DNA of 32,000 nucleotides from Terrimonas pollutisoli (GCF_029360765.1 NZ_JARKNA010000002.1:275334-307333); one strand, 5' to 3'. Positions 8,498 through 16,992 are shown, counted from the stretch's first letter. The notes: generated by a model from the letters alone, not told the origin. Program-made: numbers and translations.

Positions 8498-9016
8498 TTA
8501 TTTCAATTTGAAAGGTGTTTCTAAAGCCCCTTTAGGGCCTGCCTGTCCGGTAGGCAGGGTTGGGGTATATTTTTCGATGATGCAGGTGCATACTTCATTG
8601 ATCATTTTGTACACTTCATGATAACCAGGTTCCGGCCCATACCAGGGGTCGGGTACATCCAGGTTTTTGCCGGGGAAAATTTCATTCATCAGCAAATCCA
8701 CTTTTTTCGGGTCGTACTTGTTTTTGGCTATGCGTTGAATATCATCCAGTACATCACCTGCCAGGGCATAAATTTTATCATACATCTCGAAATCAGCCGG
8801 CACAAACCGGCGGGCACGTTGCCTGCTAATGTCAAGCCCATTCAGCTTTGCAACCTTTTGCGATAAATGATGCGGACCTTCGCCAATATGATAACTATTT
8901 GTTCCGGCACTTTCAACGCTCCAGTTTAATCCGGCCTCAAACGCCTTTTGCTGTAAAATACCTTCGGCCAACGGACTCCGGCAAATATTACCTAAACAGA
9001 CCATTAAGATTTTCAT
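8498..9016 (-). CDS. Low-molecular-weight protein-tyrosine phosphatase (possibly arsenate-reductase-like fold)
   Basis: MKILMVCLGNICRSPLAEG contains the C-X5-R-S P-loop, and DVPDPWYG contains the general-acid Asp. The last ~24 codons (PTLPTGQAGPKGALETPFKLK) are encoded by hairpin repeats; see findings. Confidence 0.85.
   Translation of the reverse strand: MKILMVCLGNICRSPLAEGILQQKAFEAGLNWSVESAGTNSYHIGEGPHHLSQKVAKLNGLDISRQRARRFVPADFEMYDKIYALAGDVLDDIQRIAKNKYDPKKVDLLMNEIFPGKNLDVPDPWYGPEPGYHEVYKMINEVCTCIIEKYTPTLPTGQAGPKGALETPFKLK
8526..8568 (+). repeat. Two adjacent GC hairpins plus G-tail (hairpin/G-tail family), antisense to the surrounding genes and inside the phosphatase 3' coding end
   Basis: The first hairpin is GCCC-CTTTA-GGGC (8526-8538). 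The second is CCTGCCT (8538-8544) / AGGCAGG (8552-8558), followed by the tail GTTGGGGTAT (8559-8568). Confidence 0.7.
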
Positions 9017-9134
9017 CCTGCAAATATAACCACAGCTTATCAGGTCGCCATTTCTTTACCAACCTTCCACGAGTTTATGGATTTAGATAACAGAATGCAT
9101 CTCACTTATGCTTATTTAAATAGAATACACCTGC

Positions 9135-9491
9135 ATGGAAATGCTGGTTAAACCACCCAACTTGCGCATTGAGTCTGATGGTCAACAACTTTTTATCAGG
9201 GCAATCAATAAAAATGTAATAATTTGCCCACCACGAAAGTCACTATTCATGATTGAGGAATATGAAAAACAAAAAAGAAAACAGATTGCGCTGCGAAAAG
9301 CAATAATGGATTACGCAATCGGTGGTCTGATTACCTGCGTCGGCATTTTTTTTATGATCAGGGACAGGCTCACTTTGCAGTTCAATGAAAACTTTCCCCC
9401 TAATGATATTGATAAGATTTTTGGATTTATCTGCATTTTATATGGTGTATGGCGCATGTACCGGGGATACAAAAAGAATTATTTTAAGTAA
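9135..9491 (+). CDS. Small hypothetical membrane protein (two predicted TM helices)
   Basis: Hydrophobic segments are AIGGLITCVGIFFMI and IFGFICILYGVW. The real start may be the ATG at 9249 (MIEEYEKQKRK). I see no similarity to any family I can name. Confidence 0.4.
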   Translation: MEMLVKPPNLRIESDGQQLFIRAINKNVIICPPRKSLFMIEEYEKQKRKQIALRKAIMDYAIGGLITCVGIFFMIRDRLTLQFNENFPPNDIDKIFGFICILYGVWRMYRGYKKNYFK

Positions 9492-9508
9492 GCGATGAAA
9501 GGTGATAA

Positions 9509-10459
9509 ATGAAAAAAAAGGCCCTGATGCAAGCATTTATTAGCAAGAAATACCTGGTTTTTATACTTTCTTGTGCTTTTTTTCTACTGAACGGTTGTCA
9601 GTCATTTAAAGAAAAAGAAAAAACGTTATTGGACACGCCTGACCGGGGCCTTATACATGTGAGTGCGGACGAATCTTTCAAACCCATCATCGATGAACAG
9701 GTAAAAGTGTACGAAGCCAACCACCCCGGCACACAAATAAATGTTACTTACAAGCCGGAAGCAGAATGTTTGAAAGATATGGCCGTAGACAGCATCCGGA
9801 TGATCATTGCTACAAGAGGGTTTAGCGATCAGGAGAAAAAATTTATCGTTGATTCTTTCAGGATTTCTCCCAAAAAAATGGTGATTGCCCGCGATGCGGT
9901 CGCTGTTATTGTAAGCCCTGAGGCTGAGGATTCACTATTTACCATGGCGGAGATCAAGGAAATACTTACCGGAAACTTTAAGAAAAAATTAATCCCGGTA
10001 TTTGACGGAGTACAGGCAACCAGTACGGTACGTTTTATCGTCGATTCTGTATTAAAAAGCGATTCTCTCACTCCCGCAGCAGTGGCTGCAAGAACAAGCG
10101 AAGCTGTTATTGACTATGTAGCGAAAAACCCACAGGCAATCGGGTTTATTGGCGTAAGCTGGATTGGTAATAGAGAAGACGAGAAACAAATCAGTTTTTT
10201 GGAAAAGGTAAAGATGGTGCAATTAGAAAGCATGGATCTGAAAGGCAAGTATATATTGCCCGTGCAGGCCAATATTTACCTGCGCAGATACCCCATGGTA
10301 CGTGATTTGGTATACATATTGAAAGAGAAGCACCGTGGATTGGGGAAAGGATTTGCAGATTTTATGAGCGGCGAGATAGGACAATTAATTTTTAAAAGGG
10401 CTTACCTGATGCCGGCGCAGAAAGATTTTACCTTCAGGCCGGTTCGCGTAAGCGAATAA
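9509..10459 (+). CDS. PstS-family (PBP-like) substrate-binding lipoprotein
   Basis: It has a lipoprotein signal (FFLLNGCQS). The periplasmic-binding-protein pattern includes GLIHVSADESFKPII, AIGFIGVSW and RYPMVRDLVYI, as in Bacteroidota PstS-like proteins associated with TonB systems. I assigned it by recognition without a search. Confidence 0.65.
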   Translation: MKKKALMQAFISKKYLVFILSCAFFLLNGCQSFKEKEKTLLDTPDRGLIHVSADESFKPIIDEQVKVYEANHPGTQINVTYKPEAECLKDMAVDSIRMIIATRGFSDQEKKFIVDSFRISPKKMVIARDAVAVIVSPEAEDSLFTMAEIKEILTGNFKKKLIPVFDGVQATSTVRFIVDSVLKSDSLTPAAVAARTSEAVIDYVAKNPQAIGFIGVSWIGNREDEKQISFLEKVKMVQLESMDLKGKYILPVQANIYLRRYPMVRDLVYILKEKHRGLGKGFADFMSGEIGQLIFKRAYLMPAQKDFTFRPVRVSE

Positions 10460-10502
10460 AACAAAGTGGTTATATTTACAACTCTTAAAAAGTGAAAGAA
10501 AA

Positions 10503-12227
10503 ATGAAGAAAATCTCTATTACATTTTTGGTCACGAGCCTACTGTTTGTAAGTGCTGTTAAGGCACAATCGCTGCAGGATGGTGTAAATGACCTTTACGC
10601 GGAACGTTACAAAAGTGCAAAAGCAACATTCGAAAAATTATTAGCTTCTAATCCTAATAATATTGATGCTACTTATTGGCTGGGCCAGACTTTAGTTGAA
10701 ATGGACGATATAGCCGGTGCTAAAAATCTTTATAGTAAGGCCCTGTTAAGTAGTGCTAATGCTCCTTTGGTAATAGTGGGTATGGGGCAGTTGGAGTTAA
10801 TGGAGAATAAAACCAGCGAAGCCCGTCAGCGTTTTGAAGCTGCTATTACCATGACACGTGGGAAGAAAGGTGATGACCCTGTTATTTTGAATGCAGTGGG
10901 CCGGGCCATCACAAATACGTATAATGTAAAGGAGAAAAAAGGGGGCGATATCAACTATGCTGTAGAAAAGCTGGAAGCTGCTGCACAGAGAGATCCCAAA
11001 AATGCTGATATATTTTTAAACCTGGGAAATGCTATTCGTAAAGCAAAACCAGGAGAAGCTGGTGGAGCGGCTTTTCAGAATTACCAGAAAGCTACTGAAG
11101 CAAATCCAAAATTTGCGCCGGCTTATCATCGCATGGCACAGCTTTTCAACAGCCAGCGTAACTGGGATCTGTATGAAAAATATCTGAATGATGCCATCAA
11201 TGCGGATTCACGGTTTGCTCCTGCTTATTATGATCTTTATTATTTTAAATTATTGAGGCAAGATTTTAATGGCGCGGAGGAATATGCAAAAAAATATATT
11301 CAGAACACAGACCCTGATCCTCAAAATGATTACTTAAGAGTTCAGACACTTTGGGCCAAAAAAGATTTTGATGGGGCTATAGCCGGCGCAAAAAACATTA
11401 TCGCTCAATCAGGGACTAAGGCAAAAGCCAACAACTACAAATTAATTGTTGACAGTTACTTGCAGAAGAAAGATACTGCCTCAGCTAAGGAATATATTGA
11501 CCAGTACTTTGCCAAAGCAAAACCTGATGAAGTTTCCCCAAATGATTTCAAAATGAAGGCAGATGTTTATTCAACCATTCCTGGCCAGGAGGCTGTGGTG
11601 CTGGAAAGCTATAAAGAAGGCATAAAAGCAGATACAGTTTTGGAAAATAAAATTGACCTGTTGAAAAAAGGTACTGTTTTTTTTGCTGGCAAAAAAGACT
11701 ATGTAAGCGAGTCACAACTTCAACAATTAATATTAGCTACAAAGCCTAACCTTACGATCAACGACTATTTTGCCGCTGGTCTTGCTAATTATCGTGCTCA
11801 GCAGTATGCGAAATCATACGACATATTTAAGGTAGTTTCAGAAAAATTCCCTGATCAGCCGTTTGGCTGGGAATGGATGTTCAACAATGCCAATGTGCTT
11901 GATTCGGTAAAGAAAGATAGCATTGGCGTCCCAGCGGCTGAAAAATTGCTCGCATTTGCCCAGAAGGATTCGGTGAAGTATGCCAAACAAATTTCAAGCT
12001 CTTCTTATTTCCTTGCGACTTATCACCTGGAAAAAGGAGATAAAGCAAAAGCAATAGATTATTTGAAGATAATGATGAATGCTTCCGCTGATCCGGCTGT
12101 TAAGCAAAGCATTCAAAAGAACATTGACGATCTTTCAAAGCCAACGCCGGCGCCTAAGCAGCCTGCTAAAGGTGCGTCACCGAAAAGTAGTTCCGGCAGC
12201 GGAGCAAAGAAATCTTCCGCAGGATAG
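10503..12227 (+). CDS. Secreted tetratricopeptide-repeat (TPR) protein
   Basis: It has a signal peptide, MKKISITFLVTSLLFVSAVKAQ. Repeated A..Y/F..A...P.N..A motifs occur throughout. The tail is low-complexity and Pro/Lys/Ser-rich. Confidence 0.75.
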   Translation: MKKISITFLVTSLLFVSAVKAQSLQDGVNDLYAERYKSAKATFEKLLASNPNNIDATYWLGQTLVEMDDIAGAKNLYSKALLSSANAPLVIVGMGQLELMENKTSEARQRFEAAITMTRGKKGDDPVILNAVGRAITNTYNVKEKKGGDINYAVEKLEAAAQRDPKNADIFLNLGNAIRKAKPGEAGGAAFQNYQKATEANPKFAPAYHRMAQLFNSQRNWDLYEKYLNDAINADSRFAPAYYDLYYFKLLRQDFNGAEEYAKKYIQNTDPDPQNDYLRVQTLWAKKDFDGAIAGAKNIIAQSGTKAKANNYKLIVDSYLQKKDTASAKEYIDQYFAKAKPDEVSPNDFKMKADVYSTIPGQEAVVLESYKEGIKADTVLENKIDLLKKGTVFFAGKKDYVSESQLQQLILATKPNLTINDYFAAGLANYRAQQYAKSYDIFKVVSEKFPDQPFGWEWMFNNANVLDSVKKDSIGVPAAEKLLAFAQKDSVKYAKQISSSSYFLATYHLEKGDKAKAIDYLKIMMNASADPAVKQSIQKNIDDLSKPTPAPKQPAKGASPKSSSGSGAKKSSAG

Positions 12228-12253
12228 ATATTATGTATAAATCTGATTTAATT

Positions 12254-12281
12254 ATAGCCCGGGTAACCGGGCTATTTCTTT
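12254..12281 (+). terminator. Rho-independent terminator after the TPR gene
   Basis: A perfect 9-bp stem, ATAGCCCGG (12254-12262) / CCGGGCTAT (12267-12275), has loop GTAA and is followed by TTCTTT. Confidence 0.7.
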
Positions 12282-12304
12282 GCCCCGGATATTTGGAATT
12301 TCCG

Positions 12305-12334
12305 TTGATTATTGATGTTGCTACCTTATTTTTG
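12305..12334 (+). promoter_or_regulatory. Candidate Bacteroidota-type promoter for the nuo operon
   Basis: TATTTTTG (12327-12334) fits the TAnnTTTG -7 consensus, 17 nt before the nuoA ATG. A TTG lies at 12305-12307, roughly at -33. It sits just downstream of a terminator. Confidence 0.35.
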
Positions 12335-12351
12335 CTGCCGAGGCAAAAAAA

Positions 12352-12747
12352 ATGATCCATTTACTCCAGATAAATCCATCCACCTCTGATGCCGGTTCTT
12401 ATTTACCGGTTGCTATACAGGTAATTTTTGCGGTAGGCCTTGTCGCTTTTTTGATGGTAGCGACCCACTTACTGGGCCCTAAAAGGAAAACTACTGACAA
12501 GTTGCAGGGTTTTGCCAGCGGGATTGAAACACATGGCGATGCCCGCCAGCCAATGGCGATAAAATACTTTCTCACAGCGATATTATTTGTCCTTTTTGAT
12601 GTTGAAGTGATTTTTTTCTATCCATATGCGGTAAATTTTAAAGAGCTGGGTTGGAGCGGTTTTTGGGCCGTTATCATGTTTGTAGGATTTTTCCTCTGCG
12701 GATTTCTATATATTATAAAAAAAGGCGCATTGAAGTGGGAAGACTAG
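12352..12747 (+). CDS. nuoA: NADH-quinone oxidoreductase subunit A
   Basis: It is a three-TM small protein with the FDVEVIFFYP motif and is the first gene of the nuo cluster. Confidence 0.9.
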   Translation: MIHLLQINPSTSDAGSYLPVAIQVIFAVGLVAFLMVATHLLGPKRKTTDKLQGFASGIETHGDARQPMAIKYFLTAILFVLFDVEVIFFYPYAVNFKELGWSGFWAVIMFVGFFLCGFLYIIKKGALKWED

Positions 12748-12817
12748 CTTGAAAAACTGGAGAATTGGCTTCACAGAAACGGAACTTTAGCTAGTTACGT
12801 TTGTTTTATTAAGAAGT

Positions 12818-12856
12818 GAGTTCAGATTTTCAAATTGTTGAATTTTCAAATTTGTT
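12818..12856 (+). repeat. AT-rich direct repeat / small hairpin upstream of nuoB
   Basis: ATTTTCAAATT occurs twice (12826-12836 and 12842-12852). There is a TTCAA-ATTG-TTGAA hairpin (12829-12842). The leading AGTTCAGAT (12819-12827) recurs at 22268-22276. Confidence 0.6.
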
Positions 12857-12858
12857 TT

Positions 12859-13443
12859 ATGTCACGTCCTGTATCATATAACATCACGCAGAAGCCACTG
12901 GTAGCCGATATAAGCATGGCTGAAATGCCCGAAGGTTCCCAGGGTGAAGGTTTTTTTGCCACGTCGTTGGATAGTGTTATTGGCCTGGCAAGAAAAAATT
13001 CGATCTGGCCTTTACCCTTTGCAACATCCTGCTGCGGTATTGAATTTATGGCTACCATGGGTGCACATTATGATCTGGCCCGTTTTGGCAGCGAAAGAGT
13101 GGGTTTTTCACCCCGCCAGTGTGATTTGCTGATGGTAATGGGAACTATTGCTAAAAAAATGGGCCCCGTTGTAAAACAGGTTTATCTCCAGATGGCGGAA
13201 CCTCGCTGGGTGATGGCCGTGGGAGCCTGTGCATGTAGCGGTGGTATATTTGATACATACAGCGTTTTACAAGGAATAGACCAGGTAGTGCCGGTAGATG
13301 TGTATGTTCCGGGCTGTCCTCCGCGTCCTGAGGCAATTATTGACGGAGTGATGCGGATACAGGATTTGGTAGGTAGAGAAAGCCTGAGAAGAAGGAATAG
13401 TGAAAAGTATAAAGCGTTATTGGAGAGTTATGGAATACAATAG
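12859..13443 (+). CDS. nuoB: NADH-quinone oxidoreductase subunit B
   Basis: Motifs are SCCGIEF, GACACSGG and PGCPPRPE (N2 cluster ligands). I prefer the ATG at 12859 over the TTG at 12835. Confidence 0.9.
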   Translation: MSRPVSYNITQKPLVADISMAEMPEGSQGEGFFATSLDSVIGLARKNSIWPLPFATSCCGIEFMATMGAHYDLARFGSERVGFSPRQCDLLMVMGTIAKKMGPVVKQVYLQMAEPRWVMAVGACACSGGIFDTYSVLQGIDQVVPVDVYVPGCPPRPEAIIDGVMRIQDLVGRESLRRRNSEKYKALLESYGIQ

Positions 13444-13584
13444 CCCCTGTCTTCGCCAACTGGCGGAGAACTTAGGTCTGGGTATTTTGTCGGGGATAAA
13501 GATTAAATAAACTAAATTTTTAATGACCTGTGATGTCCTTTCGACATTCGGGATTTAAAGCTCCGCCGCGGCGGATTTGGGGTT
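13444..13584 (+). repeat. Bipartite structured spacer nuoB-nuoC (hairpin/G-tail family, two copies)
   Basis: The left copy is CCCCTGT, then CTTCGCC-AACT-GGCGGAG (13451-13468), then AACTTAGGTCTGGG and TATTTTG. The right copy is TCCGCC-GC-GGCGGA (13562-13575) followed by TTTGGGG-TT-ATG of nuoC. Confidence 0.75.
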
Positions 13585-14175
13585 ATGTCTCTTACAAACG
13601 AACATATCAGGCAACGGCTAACGGAAAAATTTAATGACCAGGTCTCTGGCTTTGAAGAGCCGTATGGCATGCTCACTTTTGAAGCCCCGAAAGAAATAAA
13701 TCTCAAAGTCCTGAATTTTTTATACGATGATGAGGAGTTGAAATTCAGGTTTCTCACCGATCTGTGTGCCGTACATTACCCGGGAAATAAAGACAAAGAA
13801 TTAGCGGTTGTCTATCATTTGCACAATCTCGGGGACAACGTCCGCATCCGTTTCAAGGTATTTACCAAAATAGATAAGCCGGACGTTTACACGGCTACAG
13901 GATTATTTTCAGCCGCCAATTGGATGGAAAGAGAAACCTATGATTTTTACGGGATCAATTTTGTCGGTCATCCTAACCTGAAAAGGATTTTGAATGTCGA
14001 TGAGATGGACTACTTCCCCATGCGGAAGCAATACCCATTGGAAGATCAAAGCCGCATTGACAAAGATGATGAAATGTTTGGCAGGGGTGGAACGATTGGT
14101 TTTGGCACGGAAAAAACGGATCATGGAACGATAATCGAATCGGACAAAGACAATGTGGGCGAAAATATTGTTTGA
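13585..14175 (+). CDS. nuoC: NADH-quinone oxidoreductase subunit C
   Basis: It carries the 30-kDa subunit signature SAANWMERETYDFYGINFVGHP. It has a hydrophilic C-terminal tail of ~30 aa. Confidence 0.9.
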   Translation: MSLTNEHIRQRLTEKFNDQVSGFEEPYGMLTFEAPKEINLKVLNFLYDDEELKFRFLTDLCAVHYPGNKDKELAVVYHLHNLGDNVRIRFKVFTKIDKPDVYTATGLFSAANWMERETYDFYGINFVGHPNLKRILNVDEMDYFPMRKQYPLEDQSRIDKDDEMFGRGGTIGFGTEKTDHGTIIESDKDNVGENIV

Positions 14176-14215
14176 ATTATAAACTAATGGTCCCTTAAAA
14201 AAGGATTGGGCTATC

Positions 14216-15439
14216 ATGGCTGAACAGCATATAAAGCTTCCGGAAGGAAGTATTGAGAAAACCACCACCACGTTAAACCTGGGGCCTACTCACCCGGCCA
14301 CGCATGGTGTAATGCAGAATATCCTGGAGTTGGATGGTGAACGCATTGTTTCTGCGGACCAAACAATCGGCTATATTCACCGGGCTTTTGAAAAAATTGC
14401 CGAACGTCGTCCTCTCTACCAAATCACTCCACTTACAGACAGGTTAAACTATTGCTCGTCGCCTATTAATAATATGGGCTGGCACCTTACCTGTGAAAAA
14501 TTATTAGGCGTGAAAACGCCTAAAAGAGTGGATTATCTCCGCATCATTATCATGGAGCTCGCCAGGATATCCGATCACCTGATCTGTAATTCTATTGTTG
14601 GTGTGGATAGTGGTGCTTACACAGGTTTCTTGTACGTAATGCAATACCGTGAGCTGATCTATGAAATATATGAGGAGATATGCGGTTCACGTTTGACCAC
14701 TAATATCGGTCGTATCGGCGGTTTTGAGAGAAATTTCAATGACATCGCGTTTCAAAAAATTCAAAAATTTCTCGACGAATATCCACGGGTATTAAAAGAA
14801 TTTGAAAACCTGTTTACCCGTAACAGGATATTCATGGAGCGGACTATTGGCGCAGGGCCCATTAGTGCTGAGCGGGCCATGAACTATGGCTTTACAGGTC
14901 CTAATCTTCGTGCCGCGGGTGTAGACTATGATGTGCGTACACATACGCCTTATAGCAGCTACGAAGATTTTGAGTTTGATATCCCGGTAGGAACTACAGG
15001 TGATTGCTATGATCGTTTTTTGGTTCGCAACCAGGAAATGTGGCAGTCGCTTCGCATCCTTGACCAGGCATTTAAACAAGTGCAGGAATTCAAAGGGGCT
15101 GAAGCAGATATTTATCACGCTGATGTTCCCGAATATTATTTGCCCGAAAAGAAAGATGTGTACACAAAGATGGAAGCATTGATCTGGCATTTCAAGATCA
15201 TTATGGGTGAAATTGATATGCCGCCGGGTGAAGTATATCAGAGTGTGGAAGGTGGAAATGGGGAACTTGGATTTTACCTGATCAGTGATGGCGGAAGAAC
15301 ACCTTATCGTCTTCATTTTCGCAGGCCTTGTTTCATTTATTACCAGGCTTATGAAGAGTTGACAAAAGGCGCCATGCTCAGTGATGCAATCATCGTGATG
15401 TCATCATTGAATTTGATTGCGGGGGAAATGGATGCTTAA
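14216..15439 (+). CDS. nuoD: NADH-quinone oxidoreductase subunit D
   Basis: It is a 407-aa 49-kDa subunit with LNLGPTHPATHGV and RIGGFER. Confidence 0.95.
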   Translation: MAEQHIKLPEGSIEKTTTTLNLGPTHPATHGVMQNILELDGERIVSADQTIGYIHRAFEKIAERRPLYQITPLTDRLNYCSSPINNMGWHLTCEKLLGVKTPKRVDYLRIIIMELARISDHLICNSIVGVDSGAYTGFLYVMQYRELIYEIYEEICGSRLTTNIGRIGGFERNFNDIAFQKIQKFLDEYPRVLKEFENLFTRNRIFMERTIGAGPISAERAMNYGFTGPNLRAAGVDYDVRTHTPYSSYEDFEFDIPVGTTGDCYDRFLVRNQEMWQSLRILDQAFKQVQEFKGAEADIYHADVPEYYLPEKKDVYTKMEALIWHFKIIMGEIDMPPGEVYQSVEGGNGELGFYLISDGGRTPYRLHFRRPCFIYYQAYEELTKGAMLSDAIIVMSSLNLIAGEMDA

Positions 15440-15597
15440 CCCCCCTGCCCACTAAAGGGGAGACTTAGGTCAGAGGGGTTTGTATTTTTGAAAAGTTGGT
15501 TTAAAGTAAGAGTTGACAAATTGAATTTATAATAAAAGTACACTTTGCTTTTTGGTGGAGTGTTTCAAAACTCTCCGCCGAAGGCGGATTGGGGCAT
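15440..15597 (+). repeat. Bipartite structured spacer nuoD-nuoE (hairpin/G-tail family, two copies; left copy is terminator-like)
   Basis: In the left copy, outer stem CCCCCTG (15441-15447) pairs with CAG(A)GGGG (15471-15478). It encloses CCC-ACTAAA-GGGG-AGACTTAGGT and is followed by TTTGTATTTTT. The right copy is TCCGCC-GAA-GGCGGA (15574-15588) followed by TTGGGG-CAT-ATG of nuoE. Confidence 0.75.
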
Positions 15598-16098
15598 ATG
15601 ATAAAATTTTCAGACGATAAATTAAAAGAGGTGCAGGGAATTATTTCCCGGTACCCGGATGGCAAACAAAAAAGCGCCGTCATTCCTGTGTTACATTTAG
15701 CGCAGCAGGAGTTTGGAGGCTGGCTCGATGTTCCGGTGATGGACTATGTAGCAACACTGTTGAATATTACGCCTATTGAAGTGTATGAAGTGGCTACCTT
15801 CTATAGTATGTTCAATTTAAAACCTGTGGGCAAATATATGTTTGAGGTTTGCCAAACAGGGCCCTGCATGGTCAGCGGATGTGATGATATCATTAATTAT
15901 ATCGGGGAGAAACTGGGTATCAAACCTGGTCAAACAACCAGCGATGGGATGTTTACATTAAAAACGGTGGAATGCCTGGGAGCCTGCGGTTATGCGCCAA
16001 TGATGCAGATGGGCAAATATTATAAAGAGCATTTGACAAAGGAAAGGGTTGACCAGATCATTGATGAATGCAGGAAAAGTGCGGTTGCCAACAACTAA
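15598..16098 (+). CDS. nuoE: NADH-quinone oxidoreductase subunit E (2Fe-2S)
   Basis: Cys ligands are CQTGPC and VECLGACGYAP. I prefer the ATG at 15598 because the TTG at 15589 lies in the repeat tail. Confidence 0.9.
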   Translation: MIKFSDDKLKEVQGIISRYPDGKQKSAVIPVLHLAQQEFGGWLDVPVMDYVATLLNITPIEVYEVATFYSMFNLKPVGKYMFEVCQTGPCMVSGCDDIINYIGEKLGIKPGQTTSDGMFTLKTVECLGACGYAPMMQMGKYYKEHLTKERVDQIIDECRKSAVANN

Positions 16099-16115
16099 AC
16101 CAAACGCTTGCACAT

Positions 16116-16559
16116 ATGAAAAAGATCATCAGTTTGATGAGTTTGTTCTTTGTTTTTGTGGCATGTAATAATGCTGGTGATAAAAAAGAGGAATCGAAAG
16201 ATACCAGCACTACAGTAGATCAGGTAGTAAAAAAGGAGCCAGTGGTAACAGAAAGTTATCATGGGGTCATACCTTGTGCCGATTGTGAAGGTATTGAAGT
16301 ATCTCTTAGTCTTATGGATAACGGCACTTACAGCAGGCATGATTTGTATATTTCAAAAAAAGCGAAAGAGCCGGGCAGTAATGAATTCTCTTACCGTGAT
16401 AAATTCATTATGCATGGCGATACGCTGCAACTGCTGGGCATTACTGAGGGAGCGGATCATTATTTAAAAACAGATTCAACGCTGATCCAATTGGGAGCCG
16501 ATAACCATCGAATAACCGGAAACCTGGCGTATAAATATGTATTAAAGAAAACGAACTGA
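16116..16559 (+). CDS. NlpE-N-terminal-domain-like (copper-resistance-type) lipoprotein
   Basis: It has a lipobox (SLFFVFVACNN) and YHGVIPCADCEGIEVSLSL with a CxxC motif, as in the NlpE N-domain. I prefer the ATG at 16116. Confidence 0.65.
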   Translation: MKKIISLMSLFFVFVACNNAGDKKEESKDTSTTVDQVVKKEPVVTESYHGVIPCADCEGIEVSLSLMDNGTYSRHDLYISKKAKEPGSNEFSYRDKFIMHGDTLQLLGITEGADHYLKTDSTLIQLGADNHRITGNLAYKYVLKKTN

Positions 16560-16566
16560 ATATATA

Positions 16567-16992
16567 ATGGAGGCGATAGTACCATATTTGACATTCAATG
16601 GAAATGCCGCTGAGGCATTAACTTTTTACACAAAGGCATTTGATGGAAAAGTCTTGTTTCAGCAAAGCTTTGGTGAATCACCGATGGGCAACGAAACACC
16701 GGATGAATATAAAAACAAAGTAATGCATGCTACCTTCCAGGCGGGTGATCTTACATTCATGGTATCTGATAATATGCCAGGCCATCAGGTTAGTGGTGGT
16801 ACCAACCTTAGTTTGTCGTTAAATTTTAAAACGGTAGCGGATATTGATAAAATATTTGCTGCTTTATCAGAAGGAGCTAAGATTACAATGCCTTTACAGG
16901 ATACATTCTGGGGAGCCAAATTTGGAATGTTGACTGACAAATTCGGAATCAACTGGATGTTTAATCATGATTATGAAAAGAAGGAAAAGTAA
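16567..16992 (+). CDS. VOC-superfamily protein, PhnB-like (glyoxalase/bleomycin-resistance fold)
   Basis: The pattern is PYLTFNGNAAEALTFYTKAF...VMHATF......TFWGAKFGMLTDKFGINWMFN, typical of PhnB / 3-demethylubiquinone-methyltransferase-domain (PF06983-type) proteins. This is from recognition and not searched. Confidence 0.75.
   Translation: MEAIVPYLTFNGNAAEALTFYTKAFDGKVLFQQSFGESPMGNETPDEYKNKVMHATFQAGDLTFMVSDNMPGHQVSGGTNLSLSLNFKTVADIDKIFAALSEGAKITMPLQDTFWGAKFGMLTDKFGINWMFNHDYEKKEK

Noticed and set aside
15513-15533. A sigma70-like TTGACA (15513-15518) and TATAAT (15528-15533) lie in the nuoD-nuoE spacer.
   Set aside because: The spacer between the hexamers is only 9 nt, against about 17 required. 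This lineage is also expected to use TTTG/TAnnTTTG promoters. It is likely chance in AT-rich filler.
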